Source of the DNA: Octopus vulgaris
Taxonomy: Eukaryota
Direction of reading: 5' to 3'
Length of the DNA: 64,000 bases
NCBI GenBank assembly: GCA_951406725.2
Contig: OX597823.1
Location: 50,902,001 to 50,966,000, forward strand
Position 1 is the stretch's first letter, and each line of letters opens with the position of its first letter. Below are positions 44,274-56,447 of this stretch, piece after piece. A program made the position numbers and the translations under genes. Below the pieces are notes generated by a model, which saw only the letters and a program-made list of their open reading frames with translations, made no database searches and was not told the DNA's origin.

Positions 44274-44308
<35 letters not shown>

Positions 44309-44364
44309 CAGACACACACACAATAATAAATCTCTGAGCGAGCTGTAAACAGTAGCAGCATGAC

Positions 44365-44741
44365 ATCGTGAAGTTTTTTCCCACCTAAATGTGGCTGACC
44401 CATAGGGGACGATGCTACTGTTGTTTATAGCCCCAGGAAGACATCTGCCTCCAGCTGGCTAATGACACGATGTCTGTGTCGGATCAGTATTTGCGAAGGG
44501 TAATCATCGTTTCCATCTCTAGCCTTACGTGATACATACGTACCCGGGTTTCTGAGTAGTAGCCCGTCATCAAAACGAAACCCGGGTCCGTGCGTATCAT
44601 GACAGGCTAGAAATAGGAACGATGATTTTCCTTCGCAAATACTGATTAGATACAGTGTGTCATTAGCCAGCTGGAGGAGATGTTTTCCTGGGGCTATAAA
44701 CCTATGGGTCAGCCACTTTTAGGTGGCAAATATACTTCACG

Positions 44742-44743
<2 letters not shown>
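44365..44743. mobile_element. Foldback/MITE-like long hairpin (~170-190-bp arms, ~24-nt loop)
   Basis: ATCGTGAAG...TTTATAGCCCCAGGAA...CCTCCAGCTGGCTAATGACAC...ACCCGGGTTTC mirrored by GAAACCCGGGT...GTGTCATTAGCCAGCTGGAGG...CTTCACGAT. Confidence 0.85.
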
Positions 44744-44772
<29 letters not shown>

Positions 44773-44871
44773 TAGGCAGAGTTCCGATAATATTCTGTCT
44801 AATGACATAATGTAATAGGGACATACATTAAGTACTAAAATGTTCTACTCAGGATCACCCTCAATTTTTTC

Positions 44872-44995
44872 CTCTCTGAAGATGGGGTAGACCGTTACTG
44901 TAAGGACACCTTATCTTCACGTGTAAGGACACCTTATCTTCACGTGTAAGGGAAATGCACAACATGTGCATCTATTCCGGAAACAGCGGTAAGAG
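44872..44995 (+). ncRNA. Type I hammerhead motif (appears intact)
   Basis: CTCT-CTGAAGA-TGGGGTAGA...TCTATTCCG-GAAAC-AGCG-GTA-AGAG. Confidence 0.7.
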
Positions 44996-45088
44996 ACTGC
45001 ACACCTTATTTCCTTATTTCTTAAAAAGTACTCTATTGTAACAACTCACTATTTATGTTTAATTACATAAAATGCCATGGCCCAAACG

Positions 45089-45333
45089 CAGTGGTTCGGA
45101 AACTTTTTCAGGCTTCCTGCTGCTTGCCACTCTCTCCATATTCACCATCAATTTGCCTTAGATTTGAAATCTAATTTCAAATCTAAGGCAATTGTATTTC
45201 ACAAATAAAACTTAACCAAATTAACCCATTATTTTGGGTTTTTTCTTTTACACCCTTCGCCCCTTTTTAGCTACTCCAATTGGATCGTTCTACCGCTTCC
45301 AGGGGGCGGTACTGCTCACTTTGGAGACCACAG
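45089..45333. mobile_element. Possible hAT-type MITE
   Basis: CAGTGGTTCGGAAACT ... ACTTTGGAGACCACAG imperfect TIRs; no TSD visible. Confidence 0.35.
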
Positions 45334-45584
45334 ATCTTAACCGATACCAGTTGTTTCCCTGCTGATGCATTCATTCTACTGTACACACACATACGTATAT
45401 ATATATATGCATACATATATATGATATAAATACATACACACACATATACGGTCACACACACACACATACATACATACACACACATATATATATAGGAAGA
45501 GTTTACGAAAAAAACAAAAGACGAAGACAGGTGGTGTACAAAACAAACAGATGTATTAGTATAACGCTCAGGAATAGAAAAAGT

Positions 45585-45620
45585 CTTTTACGTTTCGAGC
45601 CTACGCTTTCCTACAGAAAG
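45585..45620 (-). ncRNA. Degenerate minimal hammerhead-like motif
   Basis: CTTT-CTGTAGG-AAAGC-GTAG-GCTC-GAAAC-GTA-AAAG. Confidence 0.35.
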
Positions 45621-47070
45621 GGACACAGAAAAAACAAGGAGAGAAACAAGAAGAGAAAAAAATGTTTGTAGTGGCTAACGATCTATCGTGGTTTGTAATA
45701 ATGTATATGTGAATGTATAAATGTATGCGTATATACATGAGTCTCTCTCTCTCTATATATATATATGTATCGATCTCCAAAGCGGAGCAAGAGCACTCAA
45801 TACATACAGCTGAGTTTCTTTATTCGTACCAGGCCCTTTAATGATTCATTCTGTCGCTATCCAGTGTTACGCAATTTGGTGTGTCGTTTATGACGGTAAA
45901 CATATAAATCCATATTTTATGGCAACTCCCGCTCCGCTTTTCCCCCATCTTTATGTATGTATGTATGCATGTATGTATGCATTTATGTATGTATGTATGT
46001 ATTTATGTATGTATGTATGTGTGTATGTATGCATGTATGTATGTATATATGTATGTATGCACATGTGTACGTGAGTATGTGTGCGTGTGTGTCTGTCACT
46101 CGTTTGCTCTTAATGTGTACGCTCTCCAGACAAATCTATAAGTTCGTACATACATATATATGTATGTATATACATATATATGTATGCATGTATAAAATTA
46201 TATATATATATATATATATTATACATGCATACATATATGTATATGTGTATATATATACACATAAATACAGATATATACATATATGTACATATATATATAT
46301 GTACATATATATATATGTGTATATATAATGCCTGTATAGTTATGTTTGTATACATGTATACATGTTTATGTGTATTTATGTAAACACACACACACACACG
46401 TATATATATATATATACATACACACACGCATACACACACATATATGCATACATATGTGTGTGTGCGTGTGTGTATGCGATTTTTGTGTTTTGATGTTTTC
46501 AATATTTTGTTTATTGGTTTGCTTGTGTTTATTTTTTTTTTTTTGGTCTTGATTATTATATACAAATTCGATCATTAAATACTTGTGTTTCTATTGATTT
46601 ATAATTTGTCCACGGAACAAGTGAGACAGTCATAAACATATATTAGTCCTGTTTTATTCATTTTTTAGTGACGGGGCATAAAACAGAGCTCTAAAACACG
46701 AAATGAAACATTTACTGCTTTCAAATGAAAACATTTCTGTTTTACTTTGAAGTTGAAAAATATTGGAATTTATATACTTCTGTACTTAGCAGGCGTCATT
46801 CGATTATCATTGACTTCGATGGACTTATAAAATAATCTATAATAGATAAAGTATTCAAATAAATTGAAAATAACATTAAAAAGATGGCTAATTTTTCTGT
46901 CGAATTCTGTTTTAAGTAGCTGGCTTTTTGAAATTACTGGCGTTCTGATACTTTTGGAAGTTTAATATCAAACGTTATTGCTTTTTATAATTCAGTCCGA
47001 GAAGTAAAAATGGCGTTAAACCTTGCATGCGTCTTTTCACACTGTTACCATCGATACTGTTGATATTTAG

Positions 47071-47153
47071 TAGAAAACTTCTGTCAATATTTTGGAGAAA
47101 ATTATGAAGCAAGAGATATTTTCAGTGAGCAGCAAGCAACAGCTCTCAGACTG
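47071..47153 (+). CDS. Candidate 83-bp internal exon, unknown protein (xENFCQYFGENYEARDIFSEQQATALRL)
   Basis: Acceptor TTTAG, open frame, strong donor CTG|GTGAGT, in non-repetitive sequence. Confidence 0.4.
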
Positions 47154-47320
47154 GTGAGTGTCCATTTTCATGCATTTTTCTATGTGGGTTAGTGTCGTCA
47201 ACTTGTTTATTACAGTTACAAATTTCGGCTGTTCCACTTTCTATCCTATTTTGGTATCTGCTGCATTCAGGAACATTCTTAGAATCTCAGATCAGTCACT
47301 TCCTTATATCATCACATATT

Positions 47321-47540
47321 CGAAGGAGTGTTAAAAAGTTCCTGACTACGAGTAAAAGAAAATACAGGAGGGTCGGTTAATCATTAATATCTTATTCAAC
47401 ATATTCCCATCTCAGATTTACACACTTGTTGCAGTGGCCCTAGAGTTTTTCTAAGCCTTGTAAAAGAACTCAGAAGGCTGGTCCTCAAACCAGGCCTTTC
47501 GCGATATCCTTAGAGCCAGGAACTTTTCAGCACCTCCGCG
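47321..47540. mobile_element. Mariner-derived MITE
   Basis: TIRs CGAAGGAGTGTTAAAAAGTTCCTG / CAGGAACTTTTCAGCACCTCCGCG; second partial copy at ~51115-51258. Confidence 0.7.
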
Positions 47541-48377
47541 TTGATTTTTCTCATTTCATTGTCCAATTAAGGATGTTCTTTTTTTGAGTTATTCTACTTT
47601 TGATATCATTTTCTCAGGCCGTTTGAATTAGGGTAAATATTTTGCTTGACTGAACCAGAAATTGAACACACACTTATAGCTTAGTACGATAAATAGCACT
47701 TGATACATAATCAACGCTTATACTCATTATATAAGTCAAGTATGACAGTTATATAATAGACCTTAAAATCTTTAACAAGAAAAGGTGAAATGATTGTCGG
47801 TCTGTACAATTCTGGACAGTATTCAAACACCTGTCTATCTGTCGAGGACATTTCTCCCGAATAATGTTCCGATCTGAAGAGATCATGTCCTAATATCTGA
47901 GTGATTTACAACTCCGAAAGAAATGTTATAGTAAATATAATGTCGAGATCATCTGTCCCTTAAAAGAAAGGCTAGAAAAATATGGATGAAACGAAGTTTT
48001 GGAGGAAACAGAAAGCAAAATTAAGCATAGCTGACTATCTGGGAACGGCAAAGCGAAGCCACTAACCCTCGTAGAAGAAATTTGTGTTAGATAACGCGAG
48101 AACATAACTGAAAGAATTAAGGCTTATATTGGGCTTTGATAGCTCCACCAGTAGGCTTGTTATAGAGATAATATTTAACTACGAAATGAAAAGCATTAAA
48201 CCTATGACCGTAAAAATATTTAGGTTGAAGTAAATGTTCAGTGATGTAGTGAGTAGAAGTCTTTAGTGTTAATTGTAGTAATTTGGTTAGTAAGTGTGGG
48301 TTCAGTCCCTGAGGCAGTCACAACAATATACTCGAGTTAAAGCAAGACAACGCCATCTCAAGTAGGGGAATAATTAA

Positions 48378-48560
48378 TTGGCTTCAAAATTTGGCACAAT
48401 GCCAGCAATTTTGTGTGAGGGGTAAGTCAATTACATCGACCTCACTGCTTAACTGATACTTAGTTTATTGACTCCGAAAAGATGAAAGGCAAAGTCGACC
48501 ACGGTGGTATTTAAACTCAGAACGTGAAGATGGACAAAATGGTGCAAAGTATTTTCCGCG
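48378..48560 (-). mobile_element. SINE family A
   Basis: GATGAAAGGCAAAGTCGACC...AACTCAGAACG. Confidence 0.7.
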
Positions 48561-49714
48561 GCATTAGGAGAATAACTAAGAAGATATACCTGCTGTGGAC
48601 AGAAACTGAATGAGAACCATCAACACTCGTAGATTTCAAATGTTTGGTTGGAAATTATGAAGACGTTACCGAATGCAAGTCATCTGAAGGCCAAAATGAT
48701 GTATCTGTAGCTAGTGAAACTATATCTACTGAAACGATCTGTCTATAACGGCAAAAATGTCTATAATTAGTCCGAACAATGATATATAGGTGTTATGCAT
48801 TAGTAAGTTATGTGTTATATGCATGATATTTATATTTATATTAAATACATTTATATCATATGTACATTATCTTTGTGTGTGTGTGTGTGTGCATCTGCAG
48901 TTGAATAAAATTTTTCTGTAGTCTATTTGCAATGCAAAAACATTTTTCTATATCATATCATGATATATTTGCCGTATAGACTATTTGTTATGTAACGTAT
49001 TTGTTATAGTCAGCCGGTATTGATGACAGATAAGCTGTGAATGAATTCTGATTACGTATTTGCTTAGACACTTGGATTATCATCGAAATTTAAGAATGAG
49101 ACGGATTGTACAATAACAAGAAAGTTGCTTTGATTTTGATTTGAAATGACTTATCGCTCATCTTAGCTGAATTTGGTATAAGATAGATGGCATTCTGTTA
49201 TCTTTCAGCAACGCCGTTCCGGAAAGCACAATGGTTTGACATATATCCCGTGAAGGTCATGCAACGTCGCTATCGCCTTTGTCATCTCTATAATAATAGT
49301 AATAATATTTTAGAACTTTAACACAAGGACACACATTATTGTAGGAGGAACGTCGATCATATCAACCATCGTGCTTTACTGGTACTCTGTTTTACCAACA
49401 GTGACCTAAAACATAACAGGTAAAATTTTTTTTATCTACGGCGACACTAGTACAGCGTTTTATTGACGCTGGGAAGAGGAAAGGGCAAATTAATTCGGGC
49501 CTGATTTGTAAGCAGACCATAACGGCAAGTAACTCAATATCATACGGTATTTTCTCCAACAACCGGTCCAAAATATCAGTGACTGCAAGACAAGAACATT
49601 ATTTTATCGAAGCAGAAAAGAAGAAAGGTCAAATTAGTTCAAGCGAGACAAATCCTATGAGGTATTTTGTCCAACAAGCAATCAAAAACACCGTAGCCAC
49701 GAGTCTCTTTCACG

Positions 49715-50072
49715 GTTTTACTTGTTTCAGTCATTTGAGTGTGGCCATGCTGGAGCACCGCCTTTAGTCGAGCAAATCGACACCAGGACTTATTCTTTGT
49801 AAGCCTAGTACTTATTCTATCGGCCACTTTTGCCGAACCGCTAAGTTAGGGGAAATAAACACACCACCATCGGTTGTCAAGCGATGTTGAGGGGTGGGAC
49901 AAACACAGACACACAAACATATACACACACATACATAAATATATATACATATATACGACGGGCTACTTTCAGTGTCCGTCTACCAAATCACTTGACCAAG
50001 GTCTCACGCAGTGGGACTGAACCCGGAACCATGCGGTTCGTAAGCCAGGTACTCACCACACAGCCACTCCTA
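49715..50072 (-). mobile_element. SINE family B with internal deletion
   Basis: Homology to other family B copies. Confidence 0.85.
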
Positions 50073-50521
50073 CGTCTGCTGACGTTACTGGAGCGATCGC
50101 ATTGCTTACAAACATCATCCAAAGGGAAACTTTGTTTTAAGCTGAAGTTTAATGCTTGCTTAAACATGTTAAGAATGTAAAAACATATTTGTTTGATTCT
50201 CACTTTTTATGTGATCATAATAATTTAATAATAACTGCCTTTTATTTACATACAAGGCCAACAGTTTTGAGGTGGGGAAGCTAGTCAATTCCATAGGACT
50301 TTTATGGACCATGAAAAGCTGAAAGGCAAAGTTCAACTCGGTGAGATTTCAACTTAGAATATAAGGAGTTGTAACTAAATACCGTAACGCAATTTGCCTA
50401 AGTTTCTAACGTTTCTGCCAACTTACCGCCGATAATAATAATAATAATAGTAATAATAATAATAATGATGATAATGATGATTATGATGATGATGATGATG
50501 ATGATAATAATAATAATAATG

Positions 50522-50577
<56 letters not shown>

Positions 50578-50585
50578 TAATAATA

Positions 50586-50969
50586 AACTCATTGAAATTG
50601 AGAAAATGTGGCATCTCAAGGCGGTTACAATACCAGTGATCGTAGGAGCACTAGGAATGATCAAGAAGGGAACCGAAAATTATATGAGAATGATCCCTGG
50701 CTTACCATCCCTGCAAGAAGTGCAAAAGATTGTCTTAACAGGTACATCACACATATTGAGAAGAGCATTGTCGATGTGAGAACTGTTGCTGCTCATGTAT
50801 TTTAATTTAACTTTAAAAAAATTTTTTTTTTAAATTAAAAAAAAAAAAATGAACGAACTATTGAGTTTGGTTTAATGGCCTACCAATGTATACTATGAGT
50901 TTCTTTGCCCTAGGAGTCGGGAAGACACTCGGCAAGAAATGGAAGCAAATTTGAAAGAAGAAAAAAAAA

Positions 50970-50970
<1 letters not shown>
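50586..50970 (+). mobile_element. 3' end of an R4/Dong-like RLE non-LTR retrotransposon in (TAA)n
   Basis: LIEIEKMWHLKAVTIPVIVGALG...LQEVQKIVLTGTSHILRRAL*; (TAA)n on both sides. Confidence 0.8.
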
Positions 50971-51021
<51 letters not shown>

Positions 51022-52126
51022 TAATAATAATAATGATAATAATAATAATAATGATGATGATGATGATGATCTTTTTTACTAAAGGCACAAAGCGTGAAAT
51101 TTTCGGGCAGAGGCTATGATTTTATTCAACATATTCCCCTTTCAGATCCATACACTTATCGCAGTGGTTTTTCAGTTTTTCTAAGCCCTGTAAAAAAACT
51201 CGAAAGGCTATGTCTCCAACCAGGCCTTTCGCAATATCCTTAAAGTCAGGAACTTTGCAATAAGTAATTTTTTTTTTCGGTATTTGGTGTGGAAATACAC
51301 TAATATTGCAGGATAATCTTTATAATCTTTTACTTACACTTTATTAATGCTCTATCTTACTTAAATTATTTATATTCTGAACCTAACATTATTTCTTTTT
51401 ATAGTCATTAGACGATCTTCAGGAAGCTTGTGACACTAAAGTCGTGTAATTTTGTCTAAGAACTGCTTGTTTACTTTTAAATGAACAGTGAATTTTACCT
51501 CATCTTTGTTCTTTTCTCTTCATTTCCTTTATAATTTTTCTAAGGAGAGGTTTTGTTCTTATTCAGAAGTTGCACCTCCTCTTTGTTTTCGTAGCTTTAT
51601 GTTGAGCCGTGTTTTTCTTGAGAATTTTTTTCTTTTCCTTATATATTTTCATGGACCCTTTGTAAATTTTCATCTATAATTATTATTTTATCTTGAACCC
51701 GGAATTTGATTCAGGCGAGAATTGAACTCAGAATGCAAATGGCCGGAACGAATGCTGCATGTTATTTTGCTTGTCGCTAAAAGCTTGAAATTTGGGAGTC
51801 AGGTTTAGCCGAATAAATCAGACTCACTATTTCAATGGTACGTTATGGTATCGGCCGCAGAAATATGAAAGGTAAATCTTTGGAATAAAGATTTGTATGC
51901 AGAACATAAAGATCCGTAACAAATACTGCACTCTAGTTATAGAACTAATCTATAGAACTACGTCAGGACTTACAAGTGCATACAAAACAGAAAATAGTAT
52001 TACTACACAGATCCTACGTAAAGCACTTTCAATACTGTGACAATAAGACCACCACAACAAACTACAGCACATACTCAAGGCACACGTAAAGCGTTTTGTC
52101 TTTCTAACGATCCTGCTAACAGCCAC

Positions 52127-52198
<72 letters not shown>

Positions 52199-52229
52199 CA
52201 ACATCAACAACAACAGCAACAGTAATAAT

Positions 52230-52616
52230 ACTTTCTATAATAGGTACAGGGACTAAAATTTTTGGGGAATAGTCAAATACATCGACTCCAGTGTTTCACT
52301 GGTACTTAATTTATCGACCCCCACCAAGGAATAAAGGTAAAGTCGACCTCGGCAGAATTTGAACTCAGAACGTAGTGACAGGCGAAATACCTATTTCTAT
52401 TTCTTTACTACCCACAAGGGGCTAAACAAAGAGAGGACAAACGGATTAAGTCGATTATATCGACCCCAGCGCTTAACTGGTTCTTATTTAATCGACCTCG
52501 AAAGGATGAAAGGCAAAGTTGACATCGGTGAAATTTGAACTCAGAACGTAGCGCAGACGAAATACTGCTAATCATTTCGCCCGGCGCGCTAACGATTCTA
52601 CCACCTCACCGCCTTA
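52230..52616 (-). mobile_element. SINE family A, partial tandem
   Basis: Two units joined at GAAATACCTATTTC. Confidence 0.85.
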
Positions 52617-52817
52617 GTAGTAGTATAAATGATAATGATGATGACTGTAATGATAGTGTTGGTCTTGGCGAAAGTGGTGTTGATGATGGTGGAAACGAAG
52701 ACAGTGACTATTATTAATAACAACAATAATAATAATTTCTAGCGTTGAGAAAAAAGATGGTTTGGGGAGGAGATGTTTCATTAAGTCCACCATAGATCTG
52801 AAGTGGTAATTTAAGTA

Positions 52818-53325
52818 GTGGCTGTGTGGTAAGTAGCTTGCTTAGCAACCACATGGTTCCGGGTCCAGTCCCACTGCGTGGTACCTTGGACAAGTGTCTT
52901 TTATTATCGCCTCGGGCCGACCAAAGCCTTGTGAGTGGATCTGGTAGACGGAAACTGAAAGAAGCCCACCGTATATATTTATATATACGATTCTACCACC
53001 TCACCGCCTTAGTAGTAGTATAAATGATAATGATGATGACTGTAATGATAGTGTTGGTCTTGGCGAAAGTGGTACCATTTATTTACTTCTATATGTGTGT
53101 GTGTATGTTTGTGTGTCTGTGTTTGTCCCCGCAACATCGCCTGACAACCGCTGCTGGTGTGTTTACGTCCCCGTCACTTAGCGATTCGGCAAAAGAGACC
53201 GATAGAATAAGTACCAGGCTTACAAAGAATAAGTCCTGGGGTCGATTTGTTCGACTAAAGGCGGTGCTCCTGCATGGTCTCAGTCAAATGACTGAAACGT
53301 GTAAAATAGTAAAAGACTAAAAGAG
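52818..53325 (+). mobile_element. SINE family B containing an 87-bp local duplication
   Basis: Homology to family B; insert at 52987-53073. Confidence 0.85.
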
Positions 53326-53837
53326 TATATATTATACGCTTAACTAAACTATAATCAAACATACAACGTAATATATATATATTCGTATAAATATATGTAC
53401 ATCTTGTTGCATTTTGCGAGTGTATTCGTAGTTGCTTCATATATCACTGTATGTTGGCTCTGATTTAGTACAATGATTGATTGTCACTCTTATATAAAGT
53501 ATACCGTTGTTTCATTTCATTATTCTCCATGGTTAGTTATGAACAATAACACTCTTAAACGCATTAGGATGTCATGAACTTTTCAGTTTGAACAGGGATG
53601 TTTCGTTTGGCGTGCTTTGGAAACACGTGTGTATTCACGCACAAAAATACGTGCGCGCACAAACATGCGCACACACGTATACACACACACATACACACAC
53701 ACACACACACGCACACATACACACAATCAGAGATATATACGTTGGGATACATAGGTAAAATTATGAGGGCACGCAAGCAGAATATACGCGAGTTAAGGAC
53801 AAAACATTATGATTCATGTTAGCATAATAGGAAATAG

Positions 53838-54438
53838 GGTAAAATTTTTTATTTTTCATTCCCTTCGAAATTGCTCTTAAATGTGGTTTCAGTGGTTTTG
53901 ACTGCTTCTTCTAGCGTGTAAAATTACCTATTAAAAGGTAGTTTCTCTTGTGTTTAAATGTACACTATTTTATATTGAGTATATGTTGTCTATTGACTTT
54001 TTATACATGCTAGGCCACTGGTAGTGAAATTTCTAAAAATATTCGCTACCGTATATATTTTACGTATATGATTTTAGCTTCTTGAAGATCAGTTCGGCAT
54101 TTTTCATTTACCGTCGACTAAAACTGCGCTTGAGCGGTGAATTTGAAAAATTATAACATATAATGATAAGTCACGTGTTATTTGTCTCTAAATTATATGT
54201 TAAAATTAGGGCCCGGTTTCTGATGAGAATTTCGTCTGGCAAATTATTTTATTTGCTAAAAAAAAATTGAAATCGATGTATAACCGTAAAAAAATAATAA
54301 GGTAAAAGTTTTTATTTTTCATTCCCTTCGAAATTGCTCTTATATGTGGTTTCGGTCGTTTTGACTGTTTCTTCTAGCGTGTAAAATTACCTGTTAAAAG
54401 GTAGTTTCTCTTGTGTTTAAATGTACACTATTTTATAT
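53838..54438 (+). repeat. Partial tandem unit (463-bp period, 138-bp direct repeats) carrying a hammerhead-like motif
   Basis: 53838-53975 closely matches 54301-54438; CGGTTT-CTGATGA...GAAATCGATGTA-TAACCG at 54214-54286. Confidence 0.75.
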
Positions 54439-54521
54439 GTATATATATACATATGCATATATATATATGTATATGCATATATATATGTATATATATATAT
54501 GTAAGTATGTATGTACGTATG

Positions 54522-54573
<52 letters not shown>

Positions 54574-54890
54574 TATACATGTGCATATACATATATACAT
54601 ATATATATATATATACATATGCGTGTCTGTGTATGTATATGTTCACTTTCCTTCCGTTAAATGTATGTTACTTCTAGTTGGAAACATCTTTTTCTGTGGC
54701 TATACTATCGGGGCTATTTTTAGCACTAGAGTTATCCACATAGTGGTTAACTCTCTAATAATTTATATATATGTATATATATATATACACACACACACAC
54801 ATATATATACATATATATGTATATACATATGTATGTATATATATACAGACATATGTATATATACATACAGATTGTCAAATTGATGTGGAG

Positions 54891-54933
54891 ACCTCTGATG
54901 AGAACCCAAGAAAGTTCAAAACTCGATTAAGGT
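54891..54933 (+). ncRNA. Degenerate minimal hammerhead motif
   Basis: ACCT-CTGATGA-GAAC-CCAAGAAA-GTTC-AAAAC-TCGA-TTA-AGGT; stems I and II perfect, G12 to A and G16.2 to U. Confidence 0.55.
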
Positions 54934-55112
54934 TGTTCATCATTTTTTCAGACTGCGAAGAAATGGTTAAAATTTGCCCTGTTTATAATTATACCATATG
55001 TTCACGTATATATTATATCATATATGTTGTTACTATGTGGACTAAGATCCACGTTGAGAGGCAGCTGGTATTTATAGCATGTTAAACTGTTTCGGTATGC
55101 AGATTAGGGATT

Positions 55113-55564
55113 GTTACCGGACATAGGGTCCTCCAGCAGCGACCTCCTTGATTCAGGGCAGCACTACCACCTCCAAGCCCTTGATGTAGGCCGCTATGTT
55201 GAGTCTGAGTCTGTGATGAAAGATGAATGGAGGTATAAGGTCACCATCACTAGTGATCACTCCAAAAACCGTGATGTTGATGGATTTTTATCACTCTCCG
55301 TACATGTGCTCAGATTGCACTGTGCTCAGATTGACACGCAAACACTCTGAAACGTTCGTACTGGAGCTTCCGGTGCAAATGCCAAGCAGTACAGCATGTC
55401 GTTTCCAAATTTCTGGCAGAGTGAATCGCGTCATAATGTTGTTTTTCTGAGAAAGGGTGCCCAAATGACACCAATATACTGTGTAATCACCCAAATAAAA
55501 AACAAACAAGTGCTTGCGCGAAATTAAAAATATAAAATGGTGACAATTTACCTATCGCACTCTG
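55113..55564 (-). mobile_element. DD37D mariner deletion derivative (same family as 9159)
   Basis: Reverse complement begins CAGAGTGCGATAGGTAAATTGTC; MTRFTLPEIWKRHAVLLGI; shares the ...CCTCCATTCATCTT... segment. Confidence 0.8.
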
Positions 55565-55636
55565 TATATACATATATACATACCTACACACACACACACG
55601 CACGCACGCGCACACACACACACATACACACACACA

Positions 55637-55678
<42 letters not shown>

Positions 55679-55689
55679 CATATATATAT

Positions 55690-55731
<42 letters not shown>

Positions 55732-55780
55732 CTAAATAAAGAAATGGAGTTGGACGCGGGTGTTATTCAAATCTTTAGAC

Positions 55781-55853
55781 TTCCGACATATGTTTCGAAG
55801 AAAACATACATATTATTGCAGATGTAAAACAATGCGATCTTCTCGTCAGGGAA
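55781..55853 (-). ncRNA. Minimal type I hammerhead motif (appears intact), paralog of 10045-10127
   Basis: UUCC-CUGACGA-GAAGA...UCUUC-GAAAC-AUAU-GUC-GGAA. Confidence 0.8.
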
Positions 55854-56400
55854 AAAAGAGAAAGAAAACACACCAATAAGCCATTTTAACCAAATGTGAT
55901 GACTGCGTATGTGATGAAGAGAATGTTAGCAAGTTATTCAAAAACGAAAACCGTTAGCATATTTAACGTTAAATACAATATGGTAAACAATTTAATTTGG
56001 AATGAAATGTTATATCAAGGTCCTTTCCATATGAGAAAGGTAAATCTTTTTGTCCGCTCTGTAACGAAGAACTCTATCTCATCCTGTTCTCAGAGAATTC
56101 TCTTGTAAACATGTTTAAAGAACGCGTTTATCGTTGCAAACATTGGCAAAAACATAACTTTAGTTCCTATATGTACTTTCTACCAATCTATAAAAGTTGG
56201 CCTTTAACTGTCTTCTTACGTTTCATTTCCATTAAATATATCTATTTCCACGCCTTTAAGCTTTATTCCAATTCATCTATCGCACTCCATTTCTCCCCTC
56301 TTGGTTTTCTGTTAATTTCTTTCTTTTTCCCTCTCTTTCTCTAAACAACAAAAACAAAGATGACAAAAGAAATTCTAGCAGAATCATATACTCATATACT

Positions 56401-56447
<47 letters not shown>

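Noticed and set aside
44899-44951. CRISPR-like repeat
   Set aside because: Simple spacerless 23-bp tandem duplication in eukaryotic DNA
47870-47930. CTGAAGA...CCGAAAG
   Set aside because: No credible stems or cleavage triplet geometry
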